A DNA stretch of 64,000 nucleotides, taken from positions 372,001 through 436,000 of the forward strand of contig AP039693.1 in assembly GCA_051599415.1 (NCBI GenBank), read 5' to 3'. Origin of the DNA: Savitreella phatthalungensis. Its lineage: Eukaryota. How positions within the stretch are numbered: the stretch's first letter is position 1; each line of letters starts with the position of its first letter. Below the pieces are notes generated by a model. The model was not told the origin of the DNA. It worked only from the letters and a program-made list of their open reading frames with translations, and made no database searches. The position numbers were made by a program, and so were the translations under genes. Of the stretch, positions 43,913 through 54,781 are shown one piece after another.

Positions 43913-44142
43913 GGTTGTAGTGATAGAAAAGGGTATTGGTGATGAAGTGGTTTTCTCAAGTAAGAGTTGCAGCTGCTCGGGAGTGATTGCCTGGCGTGTG
44001 CTTGCCTGCTTGGATCTCCAGGGGAGTGGAAAGCCAGCGGGAGTGCAGTAGAGTGCAGCACGGTAGGGAGAGTGTCCAGTGACCAAAGCCCGGTCACTGC
44101 CTCACCCACTCACACCCGCGCTCCTACACAGGGAAAGAGTAG

Positions 44143-44196
44143 TGAGAGAGAGACGGAGAGAGAGAGACACACACACACAGAGACAGAGGAGACAGA
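44143..44196. repeat. (GA)n/(CA)n compound microsatellite
   Basis: tgagagagagacggagagagagagacacacacacacagagacagaggagacag. Confidence 0.8.
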
Positions 44197-44810
44197 AACC
44201 TGGACAGTCCTGCATAGAATTCGAATTTCCTTCAGAGAGGAAAATTGAGAAAAGAAGAGGAATCAATTTCTCACGATCAGAAGAGAATTTTATTCACGTG
44301 TTCTGCCCAGCGCATTCGTATACTGCATGCATCTACTGAATATCTCATGACCGTGCATATCCAAAGAGAATGCATATGCATTCTGAATGCTGTTTTATCA
44401 AATTACAGCCACACCTACACACATACACACTCATGTCTACTCATACACACTCATACACACTCGACGCGGTACAGATTGAATTTGGATTGTTTGTTTGTCG
44501 TACCGAGGATGCATCAATCTCTTTCGCTCTCTCTCTCTCTCATTTACTAGACTCTCCACTGCATGGACTTGATTGATGAGGATCGATTAGATTGTTCCCG
44601 CAGATTACCCCACAACGGCTCATCAGCAGCAGCAGCATCCTTTAGATAGCAGGCATCAAGCAGCACCTTGACTTGTATCTTTACCACCATCTCCAGATAG
44701 AATTAAACACTCAGCTAGCTATAGAGACGAATTTGCAGGTCAACGGTCACGGAATCAACCTCAACAATCTCCTGACGTACTCGAAAGAATTGACCGCAGC
44801 TCACATCTCG

Positions 44811-45785
44811 ATGTCGTCAACAACACCTTTTGCATTCGATCAGGCGATAGCCGTACGTCCACGTGATGGTTCCGACAATATCTATGACGGAGAGCTCCTG
44901 CCCGGCTGGCGGATCGGTGCAGTCCCTCATGGCGGCTATCTCGTGTCTGTGATGCTGCGAGCCTGCATTGCTCACTCTGCACGGCACCATGCCTCCCTCT
45001 CTCAGACAGACGTCATACAGGTCTCCCTTGCTTTCGTCGTCAAAGCACAGCTTGGCGCATGTGCTGTCACAGTCGAGCCTGTCAAGGTCGGCAGATCGTA
45101 CACAAACTACCACGTCGTTCTCTCACAGCGGGATGGCGATAAGGGCAAGACCGTCGATTGCGTCCGCGGCTACGTGATCATGGGCAACTTTTCGAAAGAG
45201 CAGGGCCACTCAACCATCACCACGCCCAGAGACGTCCCATCCAGAGGCTCATGCAAAGTGCTCGAGCCCAAATTTCCCGAGTTTCGCAGGGTCGGCAACA
45301 ACTTCGAATACCACTCCTCCGACACCCTGCAAGCGGATCCACGTCGGGAACGTCAGTGGCTCAGATTTCTACCGGAGAATGCCATGCCGGGAGAATCATT
45401 CCCTGATGGCAAGCCATCGTCCAACACCACGTCCGACGCACGTCGAGGTATAAACGATCCGCTCGCACTGGCACTTGTCAGTGACCTGATGAACCCACTG
45501 CCGTTGCGGATAGGCCTGGTGAAGAGCGGGTGGTTTCCAACGTTGAGCTTAGAGATTCAGTTCAAGGCGCCTTCGCCAGCGACGACCGATGCTGAACGCC
45601 GAGAGATCGATGAGTGGTGTTTCTTTGAGTGCGAGACAGAGTCGATCGACGCAGGCAGGATGGATATCTCCACAAGGTGCTACGACGGGCGCGGCAAACT
45701 CGTCTGTATTTCAAGACACGCCGCACTCATCGTCTCTGCCGCCCGCAATCTCAGCAAGCGTTCGTCACGCGAATCGAAAGTCTGA
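44811..45785 (+). CDS. Double hot-dog acyl-CoA thioesterase-like protein
   Basis: W.IG.VPHGGY, LALVSDL, WFPTLSLEIQF, GRMD and G.LVCISRH. C-terminus SKV. ATG at 44811. Confidence 0.88.
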   Translation: MSSTTPFAFDQAIAVRPRDGSDNIYDGELLPGWRIGAVPHGGYLVSVMLRACIAHSARHHASLSQTDVIQVSLAFVVKAQLGACAVTVEPVKVGRSYTNYHVVLSQRDGDKGKTVDCVRGYVIMGNFSKEQGHSTITTPRDVPSRGSCKVLEPKFPEFRRVGNNFEYHSSDTLQADPRRERQWLRFLPENAMPGESFPDGKPSSNTTSDARRGINDPLALALVSDLMNPLPLRIGLVKSGWFPTLSLEIQFKAPSPATTDAERREIDEWCFFECETESIDAGRMDISTRCYDGRGKLVCISRHAALIVSAARNLSKRSSRESKV

Positions 45786-46682
45786 GGACGACGGAAAGAC
45801 AGAAAGCCGATATATATTTAGAACATCTACGTAGATCGGAAACGGGTGAACATTCGGTCGAAGTATGAAGCTCTCAGATGGGGCGGCCATCTTCGAACGA
45901 CATACTCTCCCATTCTGGCTACCCTCCTACCCACCCACAAGCTGGATGGCAGATCGGCAAGCAGTTCATGCATCCCGATTCCCGATGAGATCCCAGGCAT
46001 AGCGCCGGCAGTATCGAGGAAGCCATTTCGGAAAGCCTGCGCACCGCGCCCAACCATCCTTGGCTAGCCCTGGTGCTCTCATGAACACGCATCTCTACAG
46101 AGGTACAGTCATCCAAAGTAGATCAGCAGACCAGGCTGACTTACTGCAGCTCGTGAGACTAGCTAGCTCAGTCGAGTGCTCTAGCGTGATGGTCGATGTC
46201 GCGCTAGCGGATTGCATACTGTACCAGCAGAGAAAGACCGTGTCGCTCGTCACTAGCAAGAGGTTAGTAAAATAAGAAATCGATCGCCATGTAAAAGCAG
46301 GCACGATCGAGTAGCATAAAGTCAGCGAACCGCATCGCCAGCTTTTTGTACCACTCGAGTGCTGACTCCCACGGATGGCGATCGCTGGTAGTTTGAAGAG
46401 AGAAAAAGGGAAGAACGCACACGCACACACATATCTCTCTTTCGATTGCTGTTCTCCTGTGGGTCGTGAATCTCAGACTCTCTCAAAATCCTGAGGTTCA
46501 CGATATTCCCACAGACGGAGTTCTCGTTCATTCTCCGCTCGAGCTCTCGCTCCATGTGTTGAAAGGGAAAAAGAAAAAGGTTTCGGAAGGTGACAAGTTT
46601 GGCCTTTTTCTGGTCACTCGCTGAACTGCTCTCCAGGAGTGAAGTTCTCGCGCTGCGCTAGAGCGGTGAATTACACAACTCA

Positions 46683-47843
46683 TCAGTTTGAGTAGGCTGC
46701 ACCGAGCGCGGTGAGGGATGACAGGTCCTCGGTGATGAGGGAGTTTGCTGAGCCGAGGGCTGGGTATTTTGCCTCCGACACAAACATCGATCCGAACCAG
46801 GCGTAGTTGACGACAAATGGTTGGGCGTCAAGCCAAGCGGTCGCCTGCTGCATGAAGCTCATGACGTCTGCTGCAGACGGCTCTGCCGCCGCGTTCCAGG
46901 CCGTGTAGGCGAATTCAGCAACGTTGATAGGCAGTCCGGTGATTGCGTGTGCCTGCGTCACAAAGTTCTTGAAGTCGTCAAGCGATTCAGCGTACCAGTG
47001 AACGACCGCAAAGTCGAGACCACAGTCCTTGCATCCCGACATGAACGACGACAGCCACTGAAGACCCTGACCTGGCTGGACGCTGTTGGTAATGGCGGGC
47101 GTGCCGAGCTGGGAGATCTTGCCCTGGGATTTCAGACCTGTCAGGTACTGCTTGTACAGGGAGACGGCCGTGTTTGCGTCCAGGTTGGCCTGCGAGGCAG
47201 AGTCTGGTTCGTTGAAACCGATCAGCTTCGGCTTGCCCGTGAGCCGTGACGCCAGCGTGTCAATCCCGCCGGAACCCCAGATGTTGGCAAAGAACTCCCA
47301 GTTGGACGGCATGTTTGCAGACGGAGTCGGCGACCAGTTGAAGTACCACGAAGCCCTCTTACCGAACTTGGAGGCGTACGCCGAGTTGCTTGAAGGATCC
47401 CATCCGAGACCACGCTTGGTCCCGGAATTAGACGATGTCACGGTCGTTTGAGCCACAAGCTTGACCAATGTCGTCGTTGGTGTGGCAGCAACAACTGCCG
47501 GGGCGACTGTCGTTGTCGCTGCTACTACGACCGGCGCAGCAGCAGGAACATCGACGACCGGCGCAGCAGCAGCGGTGGTCGCGGCCGGAGCAGCTTGAGC
47601 GGCAGCTGGGGTTGCTGCTGCTGGGGCACCGTAGTTGACGGTCTTCCAGTCAACGTTGCTGAAGTCGTAGCTAACGGTATTCCAGTTGACGCCTGAGAAG
47701 TCGTAGTTGATCGAGTTCCAGTCGACGTCACGGGCTGTGATGAGCTTGTCAAGGCCCCGACGAAGCCACTGGGGCAGTGCTGGAGCAGCGTCCGCGCCGG
47801 TGAGCAGCACAGCTGCAGCGGCAACGATAGGAGTGGTCTTCAT
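46683..47843 (-). CDS. asl1: Secreted GH128 / Asl1-like beta-1,3-glucanase
   Basis: Signal peptide, Ala/Thr/Pro linker, then KRGLGW, SWYFNW, GFNEPD, DFAVVHWY, INVAEF and YAWFG. Confidence 0.9.
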   Translation of the reverse strand: MKTTPIVAAAAVLLTGADAAPALPQWLRRGLDKLITARDVDWNSINYDFSGVNWNTVSYDFSNVDWKTVNYGAPAAATPAAAQAAPAATTAAAAPVVDVPAAAPVVVAATTTVAPAVVAATPTTTLVKLVAQTTVTSSNSGTKRGLGWDPSSNSAYASKFGKRASWYFNWSPTPSANMPSNWEFFANIWGSGGIDTLASRLTGKPKLIGFNEPDSASQANLDANTAVSLYKQYLTGLKSQGKISQLGTPAITNSVQPGQGLQWLSSFMSGCKDCGLDFAVVHWYAESLDDFKNFVTQAHAITGLPINVAEFAYTAWNAAAEPSAADVMSFMQQATAWLDAQPFVVNYAWFGSMFVSEAKYPALGSANSLITEDLSSLTALGAAYSN

Positions 47844-48108
47844 CCTGAAATTGTGAGGAGAAAGAGCGATGAAAGAGCGAATATGTGTTGAAGGACCTCT
47901 GACCAGAGAGGACCGTAAGAAGAGAGTGTGGTTTGTAAAAGAGAGTGTAGGGTGAGAGAGAACGAGAAGAAGAGAAAGAAAGAGAGTGTGTGCGTGCGGT
48001 GGAGCATGCTACACTCGACCCGCGACATGTTTTGTACATGTTGGTGCAAGTTCGAGGAGAGAAGCGTCCGTGCGCCGTGGAAGGCGGTCGGGAGGAGGAC
48101 TGTGCGTC

Positions 48109-48190
48109 CGTGTCTGTGTCTGTGTCTGTGTCTGCGTCTGTGTTTCCGAGATTCTGTCTGTAGGATGTGAGTGTGTGTGTGAGAGAGAGT
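48109..48190. repeat. (TCTGTG)n and (GT)/(GA) microsatellites
   Basis: gtgtctgtgtctgtgtctgtgtctgcgtctgtg...gtgagtgtgtgtgtgagagagag. Confidence 0.7.
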
Positions 48191-49349
48191 GACGTGCAAG
48201 GAAACGAACGGACTGCTTCGCAATGCTTCTTTCGCGTTGCCAGGTCGGGTAGAGCTAAGCTGACGAGGGATAGCGCGTGCTTGGCAAGTATGAGGTCTGT
48301 TGGAATTCATCTTTCCAACGGCCCGTCATTCCGGCTGGGATACACGTCCCTGATAGTATGGATTGGCCATTTAGCAGTGCCTCAGAGAGTCAGGAGTACT
48401 CTGATGGGACTCTGGACGAGATGAGGAAGAAGCGGACATAGTGACGCCCTGGAGGTGCTTAGGAGGTCACTGTCTGTACACTGAAAGCATTCGACTGCAT
48501 TCAGCTGGAGCTTCGTACAAGGTTTGTATTTATTTACTGTGATTCCGGAGCCGATCGAAGTTGAAATTTTGGTTGCCGTTGGCCGTTGAGGAAGATTTGT
48601 TCATTTCAATCGAGCGCTGACAATTTGCCCTGGAGCATTAGATGCACATAGTCAACGGCAGCCACACGCCTGAGGAATGTGAGCTGCTCAAGGTCTGCCT
48701 CAAGAGGTCTGCCCGTCCACTTCGATTCCAGCGTCAACGATCTGGTGTGATGTCTGCGTGCAGTCTCATGCCTGGGTGTGTCAGTATGGTGCATCAGCAC
48801 GGTGTGATTGCTGGTTCAGGTCAGTGGTTTATCATAGCAATTCAGAGAGTCCTTGCTACCCATGCGCATGGCAAGTGTATGCAACAATCACTTTGTCTTT
48901 CAACGCGCCTGATTGCTTTTCCTGCGCCTCAGAAGATACAAATCAGTCCATGATTAAAGGTTAGAATGCCATTGCATTTCCGCTATGCTCGTTCGTGATC
49001 TCATTTGTCGTGGTCGGTGTCGTGGTCTCCGTCGAAAAGCTGGCAAAATCGCCTGAATGTACAGCTATCCGCCTTGACCTCGTAATCCAGTGTGCGTGCT
49101 GAACACCGTGCTGCTGTCAGATGCCGAAACATGCACGTCCTTCATCATAAGCGCTGCTGATTTTGGCTCAATGTGTGTGCTCGATTGGCTGAGATGCTCG
49201 AGATTCATTGCTCATGATTGCAGCTGCTGTCTTGGAGCTCGAGCTGTAAGGCGCCCATGCAGGCAATTCAGGATTGAAAAACGCCTGTCTTTGTCGTCGT
49301 TGTTGATGATCGAATGATCCTCACGTTCAAGGTGCTCAGCTTGCGGTGC

Positions 49350-49595
49350 TCAGTCTGCAGATGATTGCTTGACGATGACTTTGCGCTTGTCAACTTTAGC
49401 ATCGGTGCTTTCCTGTTCACCATCCTTGCTTTCTGTGTAGAATGCGAAGCCTGCAGGTCGAGTTTGGCGTGCTGGACAAGGCAGTATGCTCGGCAGAGCG
49501 ACGACCACCACGGTACTCAAAGCAACCGTCCAGAAAAGCGAATTTGTGAGCCGCTGCTTCTGAGCATACGTCAGAGATCGTGGTATCCGATACAT
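49350..49595 (-). CDS. COA2: Cytochrome c oxidase assembly factor Coa2-like
   Basis: RLTNSLF..hydrophobic segment..SILPCPA matches the recalled Coa2 family LPCPA signature. Confidence 0.72.
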   Translation of the reverse strand: MYRIPRSLTYAQKQRLTNSLFWTVALSTVVVVALPSILPCPARQTRPAGFAFYTESKDGEQESTDAKVDKRKVIVKQSSAD

Positions 49596-50156
49596 CGTCG
49601 GTGTGAGCTGTACGAATTGTGCTACCTTTTTGTACTCGCCAGGGCTGTGTCAATGATATCAGCAGGTCAGCGACTCCTCAGGCTGCCTCAATCTGGCTTT
49701 TTCCGATGAGCTTGAATAAGCGCGAGCCAACCACTCTGAATGGATGAGTGAGTATCTGCAGTACTTGTCTTGTCCTTTTCCTTTCTCGTCTTGCCTAATC
49801 CTGGTTTTGCTTATGCGAGCGATGGAGCTCGGGTGTACGCGCTGCGCTATGCAGAAATTTGATTTGACTGTTCGCTTCAATCGCTCGCTTGCATCTGTCA
49901 TTCAGATTTGACCGACTCAGGCAGCAGAGCTAATATAAGAGTTCTTCCAAGGAAACACGTGATTCGTCAGAAAAGCACACTGCAGCTCGAGCACGGGATC
50001 TTCAAGAGTACAGCACCGTATATGCGCCGGCTCCAAGTCTCTCTGTGTTCACCTACAAGACTCCCTACTACACACATCCGTCTCCCTTAGCTTATCTCGC
50101 CTCCATCATCTGATCCTTTAAGATCTAATCACTGCACTGTATTACTGTCAGCCGCG

Positions 50157-50750
50157 ATGTCGATCAAGAAGCCTGCAGCTGCACCTGCCAACATGGACGG
50201 CTCCGGATTGCGGATTGCGATTGTGCACGCTCGCTGGAATCCTAGCATCATCGAGCCGCTAGTCTCTGGTGCTCAGAAGACGCTGTTAGCGAACGGCGTC
50301 AAGGCATCCAACATCCACGTCTCCTCGTGCCCTGGCTCATTCGAGCTACCATTCGCAGCACAGCGTCTGATCTCTGCATCGCAGGCGCAGCAGGCATCCT
50401 CTGCGTCCGCGGTCACTGCGACCGATCTTCTGTCGGCCACTGGAGACGTGCCATCAAGCGGTAGTACATCGGACGCGCCTCTGAAGACGCAGTTTGATGC
50501 TGTGATTGCGATCGGTGTGCTGATCAAGGGAGAGACGATGCACTTTGAGTATATCTGCGACGCTGTGTCACACGGGCTGATGAAGCTCCAGCTCGACGCT
50601 CGCATTCCAGTCATCTTTGGCGTCCTCACTTGCCTCACAGACGAGCAGGCTCAGGCAAGGGCAGGCATCGGTGGCAGCAAGCACAATCACGGCGAATCTT
50701 GGGGAGAAGCTGCTGTGGAAATGGCACTCAAGAATGCAGCAGCCTTGTAG
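50157..50750 (+). CDS. RIB4: 6,7-dimethyl-8-ribityllumazine synthase
   Basis: LRIAIVHARWN, PGSFELP, IGVLIKGETMHFEYI, PVIFGVLT and HNHG..WG.AAVEM. Confidence 0.97.
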   Translation: MSIKKPAAAPANMDGSGLRIAIVHARWNPSIIEPLVSGAQKTLLANGVKASNIHVSSCPGSFELPFAAQRLISASQAQQASSASAVTATDLLSATGDVPSSGSTSDAPLKTQFDAVIAIGVLIKGETMHFEYICDAVSHGLMKLQLDARIPVIFGVLTCLTDEQAQARAGIGGSKHNHGESWGEAAVEMALKNAAAL

Positions 50751-50936
50751 AGATATCTTCATCATATTGGAAAACATCCTCATAGCATACACAGTCACGA
50801 GCACAAGATTTATTTCCCACGAGCTTCAGGTTGTGAGCGAGCGAGCGGTCTTCATGTACAAGTGAACGGGCTGACGGTGTGATGCAAAGGAGGCGTCTGT
50901 ATCGAGAGATGGCGATCATTAGGGAATATCATTCTA

Positions 50937-52133
50937 CTACTCTGCGTCGAGCGGCGATGTGTGTGGCTGGTCGTTGACTTGGACACCGCCACGAAGCAGC
51001 TCGTTAGAGTCTTCGTATGGGAGGTCGATGCCTCCCTCTGACGGTGGTGTGGAAAGCCAGAGGCGCATGAGCTGACGCTTTGGTGTGGGTGCTGGGTGGT
51101 CTATGTAGGCCGTGCGAGAGTGTAGCACATGTGTGTTGCTGACAATCTGGATGTCACCGACCTCGAGCACCATGTGAAGAGCCTCGCGAAGGCACGTCTG
51201 CTCGAGCACCTCCGCAGCCTCGCGTTGTTCGGCCGAGAGTGCTGGGATATCACCCTTGTCGCTGAAACGAGTGAGCGACTTGACAAAGTACGGGTCCCAC
51301 TTGGTGATTAAGCGATTGCGGTAGTACTGGAAGATCTGTGAGGTGTGCCATGGCAGCTTTCCCTCAGACACTTCGCCTTTCCGGTCAAAGTACCAGAGCT
51401 GGGTGAGAGTGCGTGCGACGTCTGGCCGTTCGCGCTGGAGCACGTTCCAGATGTGATGGGTCGAGACAATGTCAGACTCGCCACCTTCCTTGGCTCTGTG
51501 CATACACAGCAGACCCACCAAATCAGACTCATCTGCGTGGAAGAATTGGCGTGCATTCGTGGAATAGATCCGAACCTTGTCAATCTGGGTAGGATCATTG
51601 CCAAGGTCCTTGACGTGACCCAGGATGTGACCCTTTCCGTTCTGGGAGATGGCGCGGCCGAAGTAGGTGCCAAGACCTGTGTATGCGATGGCCGAGAGCT
51701 CAACGCCCCAGTCACGAACGGGGAAGCCCTTGAAGAGCACGAATCCCTTGCCCTCGAGCAGATCGTGGCGAGCGGCTGCAAGGAAGTCACGAAGCTCCTG
51801 TGAAGCTAGCACAAAGTTGTCCTTCGAGATGTCTGTGATAGAGGCTCCGGTTGCCTGGAAGTTGCGCGCAGCCTGCTCGATCTCTGCAAGCTGCTCAGAT
51901 GTCCACCAATGCACCCATCTCTCTGGGTGAGTCTGATAGTCGTCCCTGACCCAGACTGTAGGTCCGGAGATCTGCTTGGGGTACTGCTCGTACGGGGTCA
52001 CGGTCTCGGACAGCTGGTCATACTGACCTGATGTGAGCTTTGCACGGGTATTTGTGGCGGCCTTGAGAGCAGCAATGTGATCTGTAGGCGTTGCCGGTGG
52101 CTGACCTGGTAGAACGCTGACTGAGGGAGCCAT
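50937..52133 (-). CDS. TauD/clavaminate-synthase-like Fe(II)/2-oxoglutarate dioxygenase
   Basis: SQNGKGHILGHVKDLG, the HxD motif in FHAD, GGES, GDIQ..SN..VLHSRTAY and R.LMRLWL. Confidence 0.92.
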   Translation of the reverse strand: MAPSVSVLPGQPPATPTDHIAALKAATNTRAKLTSGQYDQLSETVTPYEQYPKQISGPTVWVRDDYQTHPERWVHWWTSEQLAEIEQAARNFQATGASITDISKDNFVLASQELRDFLAAARHDLLEGKGFVLFKGFPVRDWGVELSAIAYTGLGTYFGRAISQNGKGHILGHVKDLGNDPTQIDKVRIYSTNARQFFHADESDLVGLLCMHRAKEGGESDIVSTHHIWNVLQRERPDVARTLTQLWYFDRKGEVSEGKLPWHTSQIFQYYRNRLITKWDPYFVKSLTRFSDKGDIPALSAEQREAAEVLEQTCLREALHMVLEVGDIQIVSNTHVLHSRTAYIDHPAPTPKRQLMRLWLSTPPSEGGIDLPYEDSNELLRGGVQVNDQPHTSPLDAE

Positions 52134-53196
52134 GTGTGAACGTAAGGCAGTAGGTGTAAAGGGAAAAGGTCATTGTGTAAGTGGCCATGGACAAGTATAA
52201 GTAGTCGGATGACTACGATGGCGCAGTGTGAGGTGGAGTGATCCGATGGCAAGGTCCGTGTAGGTGAGTGTGGGAATTGCGTGATTTGCATGTGCATGGA
52301 AGCATCTTTCACAATGACTCAATTGCTACCATATCAAGCAGTGTGACATACTGTGTAGGGTGGTTTTCATTGAGAGGGTGTGGAGTACAGAGCAGATCAG
52401 GTGGAGTGAGAGCTTTGACTGTTTGTAGGCTCTCTGCACTATCCGACACGGAAGAATGTTACACCCTCTCGCTCTCTCTTGCTCTCCCTTCCCTTGGTCA
52501 TCCAGAGGCATACGGGCAACTCAAGTGCTTTGGCACGTCACAGCAGCAGCTTAGAGGAATCCCACACCAAGCCCCAAAGGACATATCAGCAAAAAGCATG
52601 AACCGGGTCCGGTATGTTTTAGAGTAACTTGAGGTGAGTTGAGCATCTGACAGCTGAACTGAGCCCGACCGACTCGAGCTTGGAGATCGTCTCGAGCATG
52701 TGGGTGGATGAGTGGGTGAAGAGGTGGATGAGGTGAAGAGGGTGTTGTAATGTGGGAGATTGTGTGCATTGCGTGCTAATTGCGCCATTCAAACTCAACA
52801 CCCTCAGAAGATGATCAAGTATGATGATCACCTGTGGGGTAAATTCCTGATCTCGCCTGAATCAGTCTGTGAAATCTGGTTTCATAGGCTGTAAAGTGAG
52901 AAGATGGAAATTTCCCCATCATCGGACGCCACGAGTAACACATAACTGAATCAATTGTGTTTGATCGATCTCATCCATCGATCGTACACAGAGTCAGTCG
53001 TATAGGAACTCCATTGAGCGAGCACCTGCACAGCTTGTAGACTTGGAAGAGAGGGGCTCCTCTTTGATCTCTTGACTTGTCATCAGCAATATACTCTTGA
53101 ATCTGCACGTTGTCTTGCTTTTGACCAGTGGTGTCGTCGTCATCTCTTGCGTTTGTTAGTATCCGTGCCTGACTTCATCTGCGTGACCACGTTTGA

Positions 53197-54471
53197 TCAC
53201 GAGTCACCTGTGTATGGGTGTCTGATTGCCACTCGACCACGGCTATCGATCCAGGGTATAGTGACACGTTTGATTTCGGCACAGAGTGCGTACACAACTG
53301 ACCAGAGCCTCATGGCAGCATTGCGAAAGCAATAAAGTCGAATGGCTCTTCCGTCAAATTGCAGACTGACCCAGAAGACCTTTGCCCTCTCGAGTAGCTT
53401 CGCCAGCCTTCGCCACAACAGCCCAAAAACATCTGCGGAAATTCCAACTTCCAGCGGATCTAGACGCCAATATCCTCGAGCGTACTTTTCATCCTCAGCT
53501 TCTTCCGGTGGATCGGCAGGCCGGACCCATCCAGGTTTAGGAACCTTCTTGATCTTTGCCAGGAGGTCTGTGGTGAGAGGCGGATTCGTGTCGATCGCAT
53601 CTGCAGGCGAGTACGTCACTGTCAGCTGACTATCCCGGAATTTCTCCGGGATGGCAGCACGATGGTCTGCCCAAGGATCGAGCGACGGCGAAGGGTCAAC
53701 GACAAAGCTCGATACCTGGATCTGAGACGACCTGACCACGACCGCAGGAGAACTCCGGGGTGCTGGCTCATCTGCCTGCGAACTGGTCTCTTCTCCAGTG
53801 CTCGTCCGCTCCGCAGTCGACCGTGTACGCTCTGTTGTTCGCTGCTCCTCCGAAGGCGTCTGCTCCGGCCCGTGATCCTGTGTGTTTGGCAAGACGAGCC
53901 GTCGATTCACAGAGATCTGACGCTCCGGTGCAGTTGATTGGGCAATCGGGAGACCGAATGTCACATCGCCGATTTCAATCTGTCCGGCAGTGGTTTTACC
54001 AGCCTGAGTCGACAGCGTGGCGGAAAATACCATGTTTTGGGGAATCCTGTGCTGTGCTCTGAGTTCATTTCTGTACAATGTATTGAAGGATGGCGTCTTT
54101 CCGACAGGCGCCGTCCCAGGCTGTACATTTTCGACCTTGCGCTTCTTCGCCGGCGGGGAGATAGCCGACCGAGTCGGCGTGTATGTCGTCATGTCCAGCA
54201 TCGCCTGCACCGTGCTCATGCCAGGTGCTGCATTGCAGATATCCATCAAAATCTGTAGGTCGGCAGCAGAAGCAGACTCGGCAGAAGGCTGTGAGTCGCT
54301 CACACTACTAGACAGGTAGTCTTGAATATCGAGCATCTCGTCCGCTTGATCGTCCTCAATCTCTGCAGCCTCAAAAGACAGACACGCTTGAGCTTGTCGT
54401 CTGTACTTGTCGTCGTCGATGAAAGTCGTCGGAGCTCCAGCATGTATCAGCAGCTGCGCGTCGTCATGCAT
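53197..54471 (-). CDS. Hypothetical nuclear protein, candidate SHLD3-like
   Basis: Intact 424-aa ORF with a short ordered N-terminus, a disordered middle containing NLS PPAKKRKV and six SQ/TQ sites, and a compact C-terminal alpha/beta domain (RGYW..W..L..IRLYC). The gene is well supported; the SHLD3 similarity is by-eye inference. Confidence 0.75.
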   Translation of the reverse strand: MHDDAQLLIHAGAPTTFIDDDKYRRQAQACLSFEAAEIEDDQADEMLDIQDYLSSSVSDSQPSAESASAADLQILMDICNAAPGMSTVQAMLDMTTYTPTRSAISPPAKKRKVENVQPGTAPVGKTPSFNTLYRNELRAQHRIPQNMVFSATLSTQAGKTTAGQIEIGDVTFGLPIAQSTAPERQISVNRRLVLPNTQDHGPEQTPSEEQRTTERTRSTAERTSTGEETSSQADEPAPRSSPAVVVRSSQIQVSSFVVDPSPSLDPWADHRAAIPEKFRDSQLTVTYSPADAIDTNPPLTTDLLAKIKKVPKPGWVRPADPPEEAEDEKYARGYWRLDPLEVGISADVFGLLWRRLAKLLERAKVFWVSLQFDGRAIRLYCFRNAAMRLWSVVYALCAEIKRVTIPWIDSRGRVAIRHPYTGDS

Positions 54472-54781
54472 CCTCGACCGCGCATCCAGTCCATAGCATC
54501 ATCGACCGATATTTTCTCCGAACCATGTCACTCAAAGTCAGGATGTGTCGAGGGCTCGAGTTAATCGTTGAAATGTGTTCGCGTGAGTTTCCTAATTAGG
54601 TTTGGAACTATCGAACGACATGACCATTTTCTACCGATCGTGCTCGCTCTTAAGCTTCTGAAGACTCGACGAGCAGGTCGTCAAACTTCCTTACAGTTTC
54701 AGTTCTCCCGGTGTGGAGGCTCCTCAGCCGTTCATGCTGCCGTAGGCCGATCGACTAGAACCACTGAGCCGTCATAGCGAG

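Noticed and set aside
45827..46116. Short overlapping ORFs between the thioesterase and Asl1 genes
   Set aside because: No recognisable motif; most likely 3'-UTR sequence.
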